Shown here in pieces: positions 62,633-64,000 of a DNA stretch of 64,000 nucleotides. The notes under the pieces are model-generated. The model worked only from the letters and a program-made list of their open reading frames with translations, searched no databases and was not told where the DNA came from. A program made the position numbers and the translations under genes. The DNA is from a virus. Location: the IMG/VR virus record IMGVR_UViG_3300045988_067569; one strand, written 5' to 3'. Position 1 is the first letter of the stretch. Every line of letters begins with the position of its first letter.

Positions 62633-63906
62633 TTGAAACGTGTAGGATATTTGCACGAGAAAGTATACGCTGAAGATAACATCGAACTAGCTGACGATAA
62701 AGCTAGAAGAAATAAGTCTATTAGATGTGGAATCAAGCAGCATGATAAGAATAGATTAAAAGAAAATAAGGAATTATCCGATAAGTTAAGGGATTTGATT
62801 TATCAAACCTCTGAATATAGTACCTTTATAATATACGAACCTAAAGAAAGATTAATCTTTAGACTTCCATACTATCCAGATAGAATAACTCACCATGCTA
62901 TAATGAATATTATGGAGCCTATTTGGACTAGTATATTTATAGACCAAACATATTCCTCTATACGAAATAGAGGTATTCATAAAGTAGAGTATGATTTGTT
63001 TAAGGTGTTATAGAAACATCCAGAAGAAACAAAGTATTGCTTGAAAATGGATATAAAAAAATTCTATCCTTCTATAACTCACGACATTTTATACGAAATG
63101 TTATAGAGAAAGATAAAGGATAAAAAACTATTAAAACTGTTGAAAGAAATAATTTATTCAGCGAAGGGAGTTCCTATTGGAAATTATCTATCACAATTCT
63201 TTGCAAATTTATATCTGACATATTTTGACCACTGGGTAAAAGAGGAGTTAAAATGTAAGTACTACTTTCGATATGCTGACGATATTGTGATTCTTGGTAA
63301 TGACAAGAATTATTTGAGAAATGTATTAGTATCTATAAAACTATATTTGAAACAGGTTCTTAACCTAGAGTTGAAGCCTAATTATCAAATATTCCCTGTA
63401 GAAAGCAGAGGTATTGATTTCGTAGGCTATAAATTCTATCATACTCATGTTCTACTGAGAAAATCTATAAAAATGAGGATGTTTAGGCTTATAAATCTAT
63501 ATAAATAGAATAAGATTGATAAAGATGAATTGAATAGAAGAATGAGGTCTTATTTTGGATGGATGAAATTTTGCAACTCTAAGAACTTGCTGAGAAAGGT
63601 AGAGGAGTTAACTGGATTGAAATTCTCTAACTGGAATGGAAAAGAAGTTAACATATCTAAGTTTTATAATAAATATATTCACATTGTAGAGGTTGTTGAT
63701 TATGACAATCATTTTCGAGTGCATTTCATGTATAACAATAAACCCTACTATTTTAAAAGTAAGAATAGGAGATTACACTATTCTTTGCTTAGATACAAAT
63801 TTCCTATAAATTTTAAAATAACACCTTATGTTAGAGCCGAATAGAATACAAATGGACGTTTATCCTTAGACAATCCAAAAACTTGGGAACGGTACTTATT
63901 ACTATA
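62633..63906 (+). CDS. DGR reverse transcriptase (TAG-interrupted reading frame)
   Basis: RT motifs RLPYYPDRITHHAI, LKMDIKKFYPSI, GVPIGNYLSQFFANLYL and YADDIVILG (motif C), then GIDFVGYKF; about four in-frame TAG codons; TAA near 63904. Confidence 0.8.
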
Positions 63907-64000
63907 ACTATGATATAAAAGAAATTAGTGTTGAAGTACTTGATTTAGACAATACCATAAAAGAAAAAACTTACTATAGTTTTATCTAGGTATTATTAAA

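Noticed and set aside
1-64000. CRISPR arrays, rRNA genes, integrase and attachment sites, host flanking genes
   Set aside because: No spacer-repeat periodicity, no rRNA-like conserved segments and no tyrosine or serine recombinase motifs were seen. The content is uniformly phage-like, so this is read as a phage genome segment rather than a prophage junction.

Overview
This is an AT-rich contig from a tailed phage genome; a crAss-like or Bacteroidetes-infecting lineage is my guess from gene content and tRNA style, not from any search. It contains no host genes, rRNA or CRISPR arrays. The window has two blocks. (1) Positions 1 to about 43,000 are a minus-strand early/accessory block. It contains an unusually large array of about 28 tRNA genes plus several fragmented tRNA-like elements. 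It also carries a NAMPT-like enzyme next to a PRPP-synthetase-like enzyme (a candidate phage NAD-reconstitution pair), RNase H, two SPFH/flotillin proteins with an NfeD partner, an OmpA-like protein, an AAA ATPase, a radical-SAM protein, and HNH and GIY-YIG homing endonucleases. (2) Positions 43,300 to 64,000 are a plus-strand late block: terminase large subunit, portal, structural and fiber genes. Its reading frames are broken by in-frame TAG codons every few dozen codons, while TAA and TGA still terminate. This fits TAG-to-sense recoding, probably Gln, served by an amber-suppressor tRNA(CUA) at 43832-43903 whose body is a near copy of the phage tRNA-Gln. The main find is a complete diversity-generating retroelement (DGR) at 60.5-63.9 kb. 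Its reverse transcriptase gene is itself TAG-interrupted. A 100-bp template repeat differs from the 3' end of the upstream tail-fiber gene only at template adenines. A second adenine-only variant copy sits 27.7 kb away, on the opposite strand, in a small early gene. Other notable items are a second suppressor-like tRNA with anticodon UUA, a tRNA(CAU) gene apparently split by an HNH endonuclease ORF, long-variable-arm tRNAs carrying GUU and GCA anticodons, and two GIY-YIG endonuclease genes that need TAG read-through. All coordinates and folds were derived by hand from the sequence. In the recoded region the supplied ORF track is only fragmentary.
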